DNA of 64,000 nucleotides from positions 47,481-111,480 of IMG/VR virus record IMGVR_UViG_3300021420_000001; one strand, given 5' to 3'. The notes under the pieces were generated by a model. It worked only from the letters and a program-made list of their open reading frames with translations, ran no database searches and was not told the DNA's origin. Every line of letters begins with the position of its first letter. The stretch's first letter is position 1. The stretch is from a virus. Shown here piece by piece: positions 38,429 to 47,322 of this stretch. Both the position numbers and the translations under genes were made by a program.

Positions 38429-39175
38429 TCATACCTTATCGAGACTTAACTCAACCGCACTGCATAAGAAATCACAAGAAGGAACAATTGGATTGGTAGT
38501 GGGGTAATCAAGAGGGATTTCATCAATGAAACAACGTTCGCCTTTAATAATTGTCAATCGCACATCCAATTCTCGGGAAAGTTTCACCATGCGCTGAAAT
38601 TTGTCAGGAAACTCTTTTCGGACTAACGCCCAATACCCTGGAGCCGACGCCTTTACGCAAGGCATGCAATTGTTGTTTTGAAACCCTAATCCGTAAAGAA
38701 TGGGAAGTTGAATTCCCGCTCGTTTGACTATCGCTAGGCATTCCGCCTTGGTCACATAACGCTGAATCAAAGGGGTCTGAACAGTCAATTCTGGATAATT
38801 GGTCCGAAAGGCTCTTGCCCTTTTTCGATCAGCGCCGTCATAAGTATACCCAAATACATGAATGTCGGTCGGTCTTTGGTACTCGAGCCTGGGTCCTATC
38901 TTCAACGTTCTCGTACAAGGGGCACCATGAATCCCCGAAAGGTAGCGTTCCTTAGTCCAGACATCCCAAGTATCGACATACTGATCAGATCTCAATTTTA
39001 CGACTTTACGACCAAACCATTTTTCGCAATCTCGCAGGAAACGTTTATTATCTGGATGCTCGGCTCCAGTATCACAATACACCGGAATGGACTTAGGAGT
39101 AAGTTTCGTCGCCAGTGCCGAGGCTGCTCCGCAAGAAAACCAGCTTATGATCCGGGGTTCGGGCATCCAAAGCAA
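38429..39175 (-). CDS. PAPS-reductase-like (PP-loop) phage protein
   Basis: WFSCGAASA, EHPDN.RF, GAPCT..LK, GFQNNNCMPCVK. Confidence 0.8.
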   Translation of the reverse strand: MLWMPEPRIISWFSCGAASALATKLTPKSIPVYCDTGAEHPDNKRFLRDCEKWFGRKVVKLRSDQYVDTWDVWTKERYLSGIHGAPCTRTLKIGPRLEYQRPTDIHVFGYTYDGADRKRARAFRTNYPELTVQTPLIQRYVTKAECLAIVKRAGIQLPILYGLGFQNNNCMPCVKASAPGYWALVRKEFPDKFQRMVKLSRELDVRLTIIKGERCFIDEIPLDYPTTNPIVPSCDFLCSAVELSLDKV

Positions 39176-39193
39176 TCATACCCTGAAAAAACG

Positions 39194-39205
39194 GCTACCG
39201 CACTG
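39194..39205 (-). promoter_or_regulatory. ops/JUMPstart-like element (CAGTGCGGTAGC)
   Basis: intergenic GCGGTAGC on the minus strand just downstream of the NusG/RfaH-like gene and upstream of the late operon. Confidence 0.4.
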
Positions 39206-39256
39206 CTAGATCAATCTCGATCTTACAGCAAGAAATAAACAAAACTGATTGTACGC

Positions 39257-39751
39257 TTAGGCGGCTTCCAAAAGATCTGTACTCAATAACGTGGGGGTCA
39301 TACGTCCAAGGAAACTCAGGAGGACGCGTTCCCTTTGTTTCGCATCCTGTCCCTGGTAGATCCCCGTATATCCTGAGAAGACCCCGCCCTTGACCCGGAT
39401 CTCTTGACCTTCCTTGAATCTATTAGCCTGGTCGAGTTCGGGTAGGGCAACGAAACCATTGACTTCTCTTTGTTTCAATTTGATGATTTCGCCATCGGGA
39501 ATGGTCGCGGGGGTATCCAGGAAAGTGACCACAGTCGAAATGCCGAACGTATTGAGAAGAAAATGCCAATTGGAAGGGAGAGTGTGGACAAAAAGGTAGT
39601 TGGCAAATAAGGGTTGGGCGACGATATGCTTTTTACGCGTGGTCAATGTCTTTGGTAAGTAGAAGTCATGCCCTTGACGGTGAACGTTTTCCGCCGCCCA
39701 TTCCTCGCGTTGGGGTTTCGTCCGCGCTACGATCCAACTCATGCCCTTCAT
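39257..39751 (-). CDS. nusG: NusG/RfaH-family transcription antiterminator
   Basis: WIVARTKPQRE, PLFANYLFV NGN domain; KOW GQEIRVKGGVFSG. Confidence 0.88.
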   Translation of the reverse strand: MKGMSWIVARTKPQREEWAAENVHRQGHDFYLPKTLTTRKKHIVAQPLFANYLFVHTLPSNWHFLLNTFGISTVVTFLDTPATIPDGEIIKLKQREVNGFVALPELDQANRFKEGQEIRVKGGVFSGYTGIYQGQDAKQRERVLLSFLGRMTPTLLSTDLLEAA

Positions 39752-40424
39752 GGGTTTGATGTTTTAATGTAGTCGGAGGAACTTTGCAAGAGGTAAGTTT
39801 GTTGTGGGTCAGGTAAGTCGCTAGATTCCTTGAAGCGTTATATACTAATTCCATTACGTCCTGGAATTGCTTTGACTGATATGGGAAGAAAGCGGGGTCC
39901 GGAATTTTGGGAACAGGAGGACTGACAAATTCCCCTAGACAGAATACGTGGCGATCTTTAAGATGACCGCAGGCCTTCTCTTCCAGTCTACGTTTATTGC
40001 CCTTGTCCATGTAAATAATTACGTCAGCCCAGATCAGATCATTGGTTGTCAGACAAACGCTACGATGTTCGGAAAGGTCCAGTCCGATTTTCTTCCTAGC
40101 GTATTCTCTTACCGGCTTGGCTGCTGGCTTATTATCGTCATCCCGGAATCCTCGCGATCGGATATGTAGCTTTGTATTGAACTTTTGCACGATAGCGTGA
40201 CACAGAGGGCTACGATAACGATTTCCATGACACAGAATCAAAACATTCATTTGCGACCCACTCTCTTGCCCAAGACCATTCAGCCTGTCGGCCGCACGCT
40301 TCGCAGCATTACGGCTGGGATAAGCCGCGACAAAGTGCTTCTCTCCGGACGAATAGCGCCAAGCGACCGCCCATTGTTTGTTTCTATAGTAGACGATATA
40401 CATCGCCGCCTCTTCGCTTAGCAT
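39666..40424 (-). CDS. low-molecular-weight protein tyrosine phosphatase/ArsC-like protein (catalytic domain from ATG 40250)
   Basis: VLILCHGNRYRSP (CX5R), ADVIIYMD, IPDP; 58-aa in-frame N-terminal extension. Confidence 0.8.
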   Translation of the reverse strand: MLSEEAAMYIVYYRNKQWAVAWRYSSGEKHFVAAYPSRNAAKRAADRLNGLGQESGSQMNVLILCHGNRYRSPLCHAIVQKFNTKLHIRSRGFRDDDNKPAAKPVREYARKKIGLDLSEHRSVCLTTNDLIWADVIIYMDKGNKRRLEEKACGHLKDRHVFCLGEFVSPPVPKIPDPAFFPYQSKQFQDVMELVYNASRNLATYLTHNKLTSCKVPPTTLKHQTHEGHELDRSADETPTRGMGGGKRSPSRA

Positions 40425-40487
40425 CGGTCCCGCCTATCGGCTACGCGGCATTTATCCGGCTCCCGACACGGCGCGCCCCCACCTACG

Positions 40488-40784
40488 CTACGGGCTCTCG
40501 CCCGGCCGGACTCGAACCGGTGACTCGGATTCAGTGGCCGGAACAGTTTCCGCGGTCGCCTTGGCCCTTTCTAGTGCCATCTCGAATTTTGCCTGCGCAT
40601 ACCCTTCGGCCCTGCCGGCAGCCCGCGCGGCCCCCAGCAATTCCTCTAGCTCGTTCTGACTAATTGCATTTTTCATGATCCGCTTCACGGCCCACGAAAC
40701 AACGGCTATTGCCACCGATTCTCTGCTTGAGAGCAGTTGAGCACGGTTTGGGACGAGATTCCACCTCGCTTGGTCCTGCCTCAC
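40488..40784 (-). CDS. hypothetical protein
   Basis: co-oriented ORF; start uncertain. Confidence 0.35.
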   Translation of the reverse strand: MRQDQARWNLVPNRAQLLSSRESVAIAVVSWAVKRIMKNAISQNELEELLGAARAAGRAEGYAQAKFEMALERAKATAETVPATESESPVRVRPGESP

Positions 40785-40823
40785 GTCACCCTCCAGCTTC
40801 CCTATCCGTCCGAATCGCCCAGG

Positions 40824-41045
40824 TCATAGGTCTCTCGTCTCGGTGTGGGACAGCTCAGTCGGCGTGTGCGACGTGAGCCAAAAAACCTCGTTTCCAATCT
40901 GCATCCACCACTGCCTATCGGTCATCTGCTCAATGTGCACATCGCAACCTTTCGCCACGATCTCATCGACCGAACCATCTTCGTTGCGGCGGATTTCGAC
41001 GGTCACGGCTGCAACAGGAGGTCCATCTGTGCATAGTTCGGCCAT
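40824..41045 (-). CDS. hypothetical protein
   Basis: SD AAGGAG; DEIV....VHIEQM....WW pattern. Confidence 0.55.
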   Translation of the reverse strand: MAELCTDGPPVAAVTVEIRRNEDGSVDEIVAKGCDVHIEQMTDRQWWMQIGNEVFWLTSHTPTELSHTETRDL

Positions 41046-41513
41046 CTATCCCTCCTTCGCGCCGACACCCTCACCGAGAGCGGCCTTCATCGCCTCAAGA
41101 ACCGGTGCGGTGGTTGATCCGCGCTCGATTGCCTCGATCGTGGCTTCTGCGGCGCTTTCGATCCGTTTTAGCCGCAGATACCGATGCGTCAAGATCGTGA
41201 TGGTGTCTGTCGCGGAGTCTGTCATCGAATGTGCGCCTCCCTACGATCTTCGGGGTCAGGCCCTTGGATCGCGTACATAACCATGCACGCGATCATCAGT
41301 GGGACCAGGAAGATGGCGACAGCCATTCCGGCAATAGAATTGATCTTCAAGGGTTCAGCTCGCATTGTCTCCTCCTCCTTTGATAGGTGCTGCCGGCTGC
41401 GCGCCGCCATCCTTCGCTTTTGACACTTAAATCCGATCCAAGTAAGAGCTGCGCCAGGCGATGCCAAAACAACACCAGACCACCCTATTGAGTACTCTAG
41501 GATCAACCAAAAT

Positions 41514-42431
41514 CTATAGCGCAGCATAGTAAGCATTGAAACCTTCAAAGCGTCCCTCCAGGATTGCCTTTATATTATTCGCAATCACCTCTTTCTGCAA
41601 TGATCCATCATGCACAGTGGCGCGATACCCAATCTCCTGCCAATGAACGTATTTCGGAAACTTGGGAAAACACCATCGCGGATATGATTTGGGTTCCAGG
41701 GGGATATCTTCAAGGGCATGAACCAGGAACGTCTTACAGTAATCGATACAGGATTCCAATTCATCGCTATTCAACGTGCCTGGAAAATGGCGCCATTCGA
41801 TGGTGTCACTCTCCAATAATTGACGCAGACTGACGCAGCACCGCGGTTGTAGATGCCAGCAAGGAGTTCCGTTGGGACGATGTGGAACCTCAGCCTCGAA
41901 GAATTGGTCAACTGTCTTTGCCGCTAACTGTCCTTGTACCCGCTTTGCAGACAACAACGTATGGTGACTGACCTTACGCCGTTTGTAACGCCGCATTGCG
42001 CCTTCGTATTCCCTTCCCTTGTATTCCCATGCCGATGGACAAGGGATGGGTTCGATACTCTCTAACAGCTTTGGCATGCGCTGGTGGATATATTGCTGTA
42101 CCCGTTTCAGGGATTGTAGATCATCCCTGAGTCCGGGCACGCGGATATGAACATGCAAATTACTACGATAATTAACCTTGACTTCGGGAAAGAGTTTACA
42201 AATCTTTTCCAGGCATTCGACCTGTCCATCGATCGTATCTGTCGGCGGGGTGTTGACCTCACCTCCATGATGATACAACTTATCCAATGGATCGTTAGCG
42301 ATACCCGAACTGTTAACTATCGTGTGATCCTTACGATTATTTTCGCAATGCTTGGGTAAGGGCTTGGTACGATCGTAATCGGCGAATTCGAACTCTGCGC
42401 CATAGGTCCAGTTTTTGGGATGGTATTTCAC
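41514..42431 (-). CDS. amidoligase (COOH-NH2 ligase) family protein
   Basis: TYGAEFE, D.TI, GGEVNTP, VNYRSNLHVHI, TIEWRHFPGT. Confidence 0.8.
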   Translation of the reverse strand: MKYHPKNWTYGAEFEFADYDRTKPLPKHCENNRKDHTIVNSSGIANDPLDKLYHHGGEVNTPPTDTIDGQVECLEKICKLFPEVKVNYRSNLHVHIRVPGLRDDLQSLKRVQQYIHQRMPKLLESIEPIPCPSAWEYKGREYEGAMRRYKRRKVSHHTLLSAKRVQGQLAAKTVDQFFEAEVPHRPNGTPCWHLQPRCCVSLRQLLESDTIEWRHFPGTLNSDELESCIDYCKTFLVHALEDIPLEPKSYPRWCFPKFPKYVHWQEIGYRATVHDGSLQKEVIANNIKAILEGRFEGFNAYYAAL

Positions 42432-42582
42432 AGCTTGACTTTACCTTTGGTCCGAACAGCTATCATTGGCATATAGCATTTCTCACACATCGGTACGCTA
42501 TTGTCACGACTCAGGCGCTCAGATTCGATCTCATCAATTTCCCGCTTGGTTTTGCAACCAATACATTGCGCCGTAATTTTCA

Positions 42583-42810
42583 TCACAGACCCTTTATGGT
42601 AATTTCCACCGGCTGACCTTCGTAGAGTTCCGGTTTCTCGTTACCGAGATGGAGGTGTTCCCAGGAACCTTCGAAACATACGAACCAACCCAGGTCTTCT
42701 TCCGTCAGCTCGGCTTTACCACCTACCATACGTCCACGCACGGTACGTTTGAGGAATTCGACCGATTTGACCTTTGTCTTGATCCGGTATCTCATTTTGC
42801 TACAAACCAA
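42583..42810 (-). CDS. hypothetical protein
   Basis: coupled ORF. Confidence 0.5.
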   Translation of the reverse strand: MVCSKMRYRIKTKVKSVEFLKRTVRGRMVGGKAELTEEDLGWFVCFEGSWEHLHLGNEKPELYEGQPVEITIKGL

Positions 42811-43031
42811 CGACCTTCCCTACCACAAACATTTAATACTCTGGCCCAAAACCAATCGTAGTGTCTGTGGGTAGCGCAGTATTTAGTTTCGTGAACAGGC
42901 TTGGGGTTGATCCCAGTCACAAAATCCCGCTGTGGCTTTCCCAAAGGATTTTGTGGCGCATTGCACTTAGCGTACTCTGGACTAGACCCGTCATTCAAAC
43001 ACCACTTGCAATTGATACAGAGCCTTTGCAT
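42792..43031 (-). CDS. Cys-rich hypothetical protein
   Basis: LCINCKW...C...C...R...CGREGRWF. Confidence 0.55.
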   Translation of the reverse strand: MQRLCINCKWCLNDGSSPEYAKCNAPQNPLGKPQRDFVTGINPKPVHETKYCATHRHYDWFWARVLNVCGREGRWFVAK

Positions 43032-43033
43032 AT

Positions 43034-43474
43034 TTAACGTCCTCGGTAAGCACGGGAATCGAGATCGGGAATGGTTGCCACGCGGGCCCCATCCTCGTAG
43101 AAGACATCAATCGGAATTCCACCTCTTGCGTTGAAGTAGCCGGCAATGCGGAACCAAATAGGTTGAACGCACTCGATGATATGGCGTCCAATCTGGATGA
43201 CACAGGCTTCATGAAAGGCTTGATGATTACGATATGAGCCCAAGTACAACTTCAAGGATTTGGACTCGACCAGATACTTACCCGGGATGTAATCGATCAC
43301 CATCGTTGCGAAATCAGGCTGCGACGTTACCGGACACAACGAGGAAAATTCTGGACAGGTGAACCGAGCCACGTACTTGATTTCAGGATAGGGGTTCGAG
43401 ACCGGATCAAGAATGAAACTTGTCGGTACAGTCGGCAGTTCGGACTTCTGACCAAGGTGGCGGGGTTCCTGCAT
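43034..43474 (-). CDS. queF: preQ0 nitrile reductase (preQ1 synthase)
   Basis: catalytic CPVTSQPDF, QueF motif ESKSLKLYL, FHE, RGGIP. Confidence 0.9.
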   Translation of the reverse strand: MQEPRHLGQKSELPTVPTSFILDPVSNPYPEIKYVARFTCPEFSSLCPVTSQPDFATMVIDYIPGKYLVESKSLKLYLGSYRNHQAFHEACVIQIGRHIIECVQPIWFRIAGYFNARGGIPIDVFYEDGARVATIPDLDSRAYRGR

Positions 43475-43475
43475 A

Positions 43476-43991
43476 TTACTTCCCTTTGTTGTACAGATCG
43501 AGAATGATCTTGGCCCGTTTCCACAACTCGGCATTGCCCTCAGTTAGAAGAGGCAGCAAGAGTTCCTTTTCCCGCATATAGGTTACCGCGAAATGCGGGT
43601 CGTGGGCAACGATGTCCTTGCTGTTCGAGATCAGGTCGGCAAGCTTGATCGTCTTGCCTTCGGGCGATGCGTTGGCATTATGAAGTCGGTCAAGTTCCTT
43701 ACGCTTTGCCCGCTTGCCATCTTCGGGACGCGATCGATCAGTCACTTCGTCGACCAGTCTGGCAACCTCATACCCGAACAGCTCACGTAATTGGATATCA
43801 GTGACGGCCTGATCTTCCTTACAATCATGGAGCCAGGCGGCGGCGATGACCTCGTCCCGGCATCCGACCTCTTGACAGAGTCCGGCGACCTCCTGCAAAT
43901 GAACGGCGTAAGGCAAGCCCGTATACTTGCGGACCTGAGTCCTGTGAACCCGTTGGGCAAAGTTCTTGGCCCTGTATGAGAGTTTTGTCAT
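43476..43991 (-). CDS. HD-domain small alarmone hydrolase (Mesh1/SpoT-like)
   Basis: Q.RKY...PY..H, AAAWLHD..ED, IKLAD..SN. Confidence 0.88.
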   Translation of the reverse strand: MTKLSYRAKNFAQRVHRTQVRKYTGLPYAVHLQEVAGLCQEVGCRDEVIAAAWLHDCKEDQAVTDIQLRELFGYEVARLVDEVTDRSRPEDGKRAKRKELDRLHNANASPEGKTIKLADLISNSKDIVAHDPHFAVTYMREKELLLPLLTEGNAELWKRAKIILDLYNKGK

Positions 43992-43992
43992 A

Positions 43993-44253
43993 TTAGTTAT
44001 CTGCATCAAAAAGATTATGCCGCGACCTACCAAAACGTATAGTTCCCGGTGCGGTACGCCGCAAGGACGCTAAACCGCGATTAATGCAGTATCGAACTAC
44101 AGCTGGGAGAGGTCCACTAATTGTTGCCTTTGCCACACCCTTACCCCAGAACCCGTAAGGGTTAACACCAACAGGTTGACGGGGCATTCGTGTTCGCAGC
44201 CCACGAATGAAGGCATAGGCTCGATCACGCTTTTTATGCTTATCCTTACTCAT
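43993..44253 (-). CDS. basic hypothetical protein
   Basis: fills the gap between coupled genes. Confidence 0.4.
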   Translation of the reverse strand: MSKDKHKKRDRAYAFIRGLRTRMPRQPVGVNPYGFWGKGVAKATISGPLPAVVRYCINRGLASLRRTAPGTIRFGRSRHNLFDADN

Positions 44254-45226
44254 GACATATCGCATCCCTGTAAACACGTGCGACGAAATCGTCAATCCAT
44301 TGGTAGTCCGGTTTATCAGGCAGGGACGATTTCGTCGCAGCTACTTCGACATCGACCAACAGTTGCTCGATCTCGGCACTGACCTCCTGATAGGGCAACT
44401 GTCCCAATTTGATTGCCAAGATGTGTGCAGCGTTGGGAAGAGGAAACGTCACATTGGCTGTCGCCAGGAACTCAAGGGCTTGCGCCCCAACCCGGACAGC
44501 GTGCGACAATGCCTTCCAGTCTACGCCCTGCTGACTCTCGGCTTGTAGAGCCCGTTGGCCGTACTCGTCAACCAACCGCTGGACAATACCATATGCGTTC
44601 TTGATCGAAGACGTAAAAGGCAACTTACGATTACAGACATCCCAGTGGCGGATCATTGTACCGTTCGCCAATGGAATATCTATGAGTAGCATATGCTCGA
44701 CACCAGAAATACCCTGAGCTATTACTCCCTCAAATTGAGCAAGCTTCGGGGTCGTTCCATACTTCTCGATCAAATCATTTAGAGTTTTCAGGGCTAACCG
44801 AGCTGCAGCAACCCGAGACCCTTTGATCCCATATTTGTTGGCCTGCTGACGACAGTAGCCGACAAAGGCCGTGGATTTCCGGGTCAGGAGTCGATGACTT
44901 TGCACCAGGAGTTGTGCCCATTCAATCGAACAGTTTTCGTTGATCCAGGACCATTGAGGAGCAAAGAGCATATCCAGGGCGACCGTCTGTCCCTCGGATA
45001 GCAACTCGAGATAGCGTTGGAGGCTGTAGCTTTCTTCCTCGATTTCTCCAGGCAGATTCTTTTCCTTCTCCGCCTTGGGACGTGATTTGTTGATCGAACC
45101 CTTGACGCGCTGGAGAAGGATATCCTGCGGGTCCGGGATGTATACCGATTTGAAATCCAGATCAGAGTTCGGCGTCGTCGTCCCGTAGAGATGACTACCA
45201 AACTTTATGGTGACAATGTTACGCAT
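44246..45226 (-). CDS. DNA polymerase-beta superfamily nucleotidyltransferase (RlaP-like)
   Basis: GSHLYGT..P.SDLDFK.VY, DWKALSHAVR, SSLP..PD. Confidence 0.85.
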   Translation of the reverse strand: MRNIVTIKFGSHLYGTTTPNSDLDFKSVYIPDPQDILLQRVKGSINKSRPKAEKEKNLPGEIEEESYSLQRYLELLSEGQTVALDMLFAPQWSWINENCSIEWAQLLVQSHRLLTRKSTAFVGYCRQQANKYGIKGSRVAAARLALKTLNDLIEKYGTTPKLAQFEGVIAQGISGVEHMLLIDIPLANGTMIRHWDVCNRKLPFTSSIKNAYGIVQRLVDEYGQRALQAESQQGVDWKALSHAVRVGAQALEFLATANVTFPLPNAAHILAIKLGQLPYQEVSAEIEQLLVDVEVAATKSSLPDKPDYQWIDDFVARVYRDAICHE

Positions 45227-45407
45227 CCATTTCCTTGATGATCAACGCGAGTAGCTTGATGCAATGACTGAGTCCGACAGCCCGTTCCATATCTCCGATG
45301 GAAAGGGCGGCATCACGGAGTTCGATCAACAATTCCCGCATACCATCGACATCCCTCAGATCGTAGACGTCATCGCCTGAAACGTATCTCTTGGTCATTT
45401 ATTTTTC

Positions 45408-45695
45408 CTAGAAGGGGCAGTCTTCGTCATCATACGGGGCAAGTTGTTCCTTGATCGCCTCGAGTCTTTGACTCTCCTGTCCACGTTGTTTTTCCTTCCA
45501 GACTCGATATCGTTCAGGCATTATTAACGTAGTCCTGCATCTAGGATTTATGCAATTAAACCACCGAGTATAATAGTAAGGCTGACGCAAATGTTTGCTC
45601 GTAATCTCCCCATGTTCCCTAATCTCAGTAGATTGCCCGCATCGGGGACAGGGATCACCATCTAAGCTTACTACTACTCTATTCTTTTTACGCAT
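45408..45695 (-). CDS. zinc-ribbon protein (Ogr/Delta-like?)
   Basis: CPRCG...WFNCINPRC. Confidence 0.55.
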   Translation of the reverse strand: MRKKNRVVVSLDGDPCPRCGQSTEIREHGEITSKHLRQPYYYTRWFNCINPRCRTTLIMPERYRVWKEKQRGQESQRLEAIKEQLAPYDDEDCPF

Positions 45696-45766
45696 TACTT
45701 TACGCTTCCTATATATACTTCTATTCATACAACCTACTCCATCAAGACACAGGTAACCCTTTCCGC

Positions 45767-46190
45767 AGAGGAGGAGCATATCACGTTGCTCCCCCTCTTT
45801 CCCTGATCAGAGGAAGTCACAGTCTAGGAAGAACTGTAACCGCGTACTTGTTAATCCTCGCTACGTAGAGCTGAACCTCGTAGCACCAATGGTGTTCCCA
45901 TTGGCTCGCATGACCCCACTCTGGGCTGGAGCCTTGCCGGACCAGACGTATACGTTATCACAACGATCTACGTCCAGCTTCTGCACGCCGGGTGGGATGA
46001 TCAATTCCCCTGACGAACGTGCCGACATCGGATACCCTTACCACGGTTTCTTAGGCCGTAGGTTTTCGTAAATGCGCCGGGACGTAAGCAGCACACCGGA
46101 GCCCGGACCACTACCTGCGTTATTTAACCAGGTACAGGCAAACCTGTATTCCTTGCATTACTGGGCAAGTGCAGGGTTTTGGATGCAAGC
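45767..46190 (-). ncRNA. candidate structured non-coding RNA / long leader
   Basis: no convincing ORF; at least 7 hairpins readable by eye; strand inferred from flanking transcription. Confidence 0.4.
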
Positions 46191-46221
46191 TCAATCGGAA
46201 AATAATCCGGGCCGAGCGCGA

Positions 46222-46250
46222 TTGCTTTCTGTCAGAAAACTTGGTATAAA
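46222..46250 (+). promoter_or_regulatory. sigma70-type promoter TTGCTT-N17-TATAAA with overlapping inverted repeat GTCAGAAA/TTTCTGAC
   Basis: -35 at 46222-46227, extended TG plus -10 at 46245-46250; IR arms 46231-46238 and 46253-46260. Confidence 0.6.
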
Positions 46251-46256
46251 TCTTTC

Positions 46257-46343
46257 TGACGCTTATTCCGGATGTGCGCTCCACATCAATCCATCCGAAA
46301 AGCAGCCCTGCGGTGCAACCAACATCGCCGGGCTTTTTCTTTT
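46257..46343 (+). ncRNA. predicted ~85-nt two-hairpin small RNA next to proQ/finO
   Basis: promoter, hairpin CGGATG/CATCCG, then terminator hairpin and U-tract; no ORF. Confidence 0.5.
46298..46343. terminator. intrinsic terminator (possibly bidirectional)
   Basis: AAAAGCAGCCCTGCGGTG-loop-CATCGCCGGGCTTTTTCTTTT directly at the proQ stop. Confidence 0.7.
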
Positions 46344-46908
46344 ATGCTGATTTCTTTTTTGAAGCAACCTTTGGCTTCTTTGGAACTGGAAGCGGATTCA
46401 AGAGTTCGATTAGTTCGAGCGCTTGGCATAGTTCGTAATGGGGGTCGGACTTATCTTCGGACTCAAGAACAATCAATCCTTGCGGCGTTGTACGTAAACC
46501 TTCCTTGATCAGGCGCCGCGCCGCTCGTTCCACTTCTTTCAGCTTCCATAACTTGGTTCTCATTTTACGGGCTTCGGAAACACCCAAAGCGCGCCAAGCG
46601 GCCTGTTTGGCCTCCTCTGTCGTAACTCTTCCTACGACTTTTCCGAGGAGATCGATCCGTTCTGCGCCTGTAATCACAGAAGCTAAGTAGCTAGTCTCAT
46701 CGGTATATAAACGTAGAATAGTCCGAACCTTGTTCCGTGCTATATCAGGAGCACATGCAAACAAATCCTCTTTGATCCCAATCTTGAGGGGGCGTTTAGA
46801 TATCATAAAACACAACGGAAATCGCTTGTAGAGTTCTTCTTTAGTGTCTTGTATGGTTTTCAGGTTGGTAACAAACGCCATCGCATTACTCCAAGTTTCC
46901 TTAATCAT
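46342..46908 (-). CDS. proQ: ProQ/FinO-domain RNA chaperone
   Basis: FP.CF....RPLKIGI.EDL, YT...SYL.....GA.RIDL.G...G.VT.EEA. Confidence 0.88.
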   Translation of the reverse strand: MIKETWSNAMAFVTNLKTIQDTKEELYKRFPLCFMISKRPLKIGIKEDLFACAPDIARNKVRTILRLYTDETSYLASVITGAERIDLLGKVVGRVTTEEAKQAAWRALGVSEARKMRTKLWKLKEVERAARRLIKEGLRTTPQGLIVLESEDKSDPHYELCQALELIELLNPLPVPKKPKVASKKKSA

Positions 46909-47084
46909 ACGACAAAAGGCATCTTTTGTGGGGGTATGTCTTGGTCAGCGGAACCTACCCGGCACAGAGGCGCATCGCGCATAGTCTGGCGATACCGGGA
47001 CGGCATAGGGAAAGCTGGGAGACCGGATCAGCGAAGGGATGCCGCCCTGAGATCCGGTCCCCATATCTCTTTCTGGGGTTCCCC

Positions 47085-47321
47085 ATGACAAAACGTCCTA
47101 CTACTAGAAAACCCATCCCCAAGGATGATAACGTTCCCGACTTCTACATCAAAATAAAACCCAAGGACAGGGATCGAACCGGCTGGTCAACCGTCGGGGT
47201 CGGTTGGCAGGGTGATAACGGAATCAAAATTCAATTGCAGCGCGGCATACATCTAGACTGGAAGGATTTCCATGGCGACTACATGGACAACTTCATTCTG
47301 ATGCTGGTTCCCAATAACTGA
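47085..47321 (+). CDS. small ssDNA-binding-like protein (DUF736-like?)
   Basis: W.TVGVGW....GIKIQL pattern. Confidence 0.4.
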   Translation: MTKRPTTRKPIPKDDNVPDFYIKIKPKDRDRTGWSTVGVGWQGDNGIKIQLQRGIHLDWKDFHGDYMDNFILMLVPNN

Positions 47322-47322
47322 C

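Noticed and set aside
43034-43474. QueF-like archaeosine synthase (dG+ pathway)
   Set aside because: The NADPH-binding QueF motif ESKSLKLY is intact, indicating a true reductase.
46009-46030. Second hammerhead at CTGACGA (also at 60767)
   Set aside because: No GAAA, stem III or UH arrangement around these matches.
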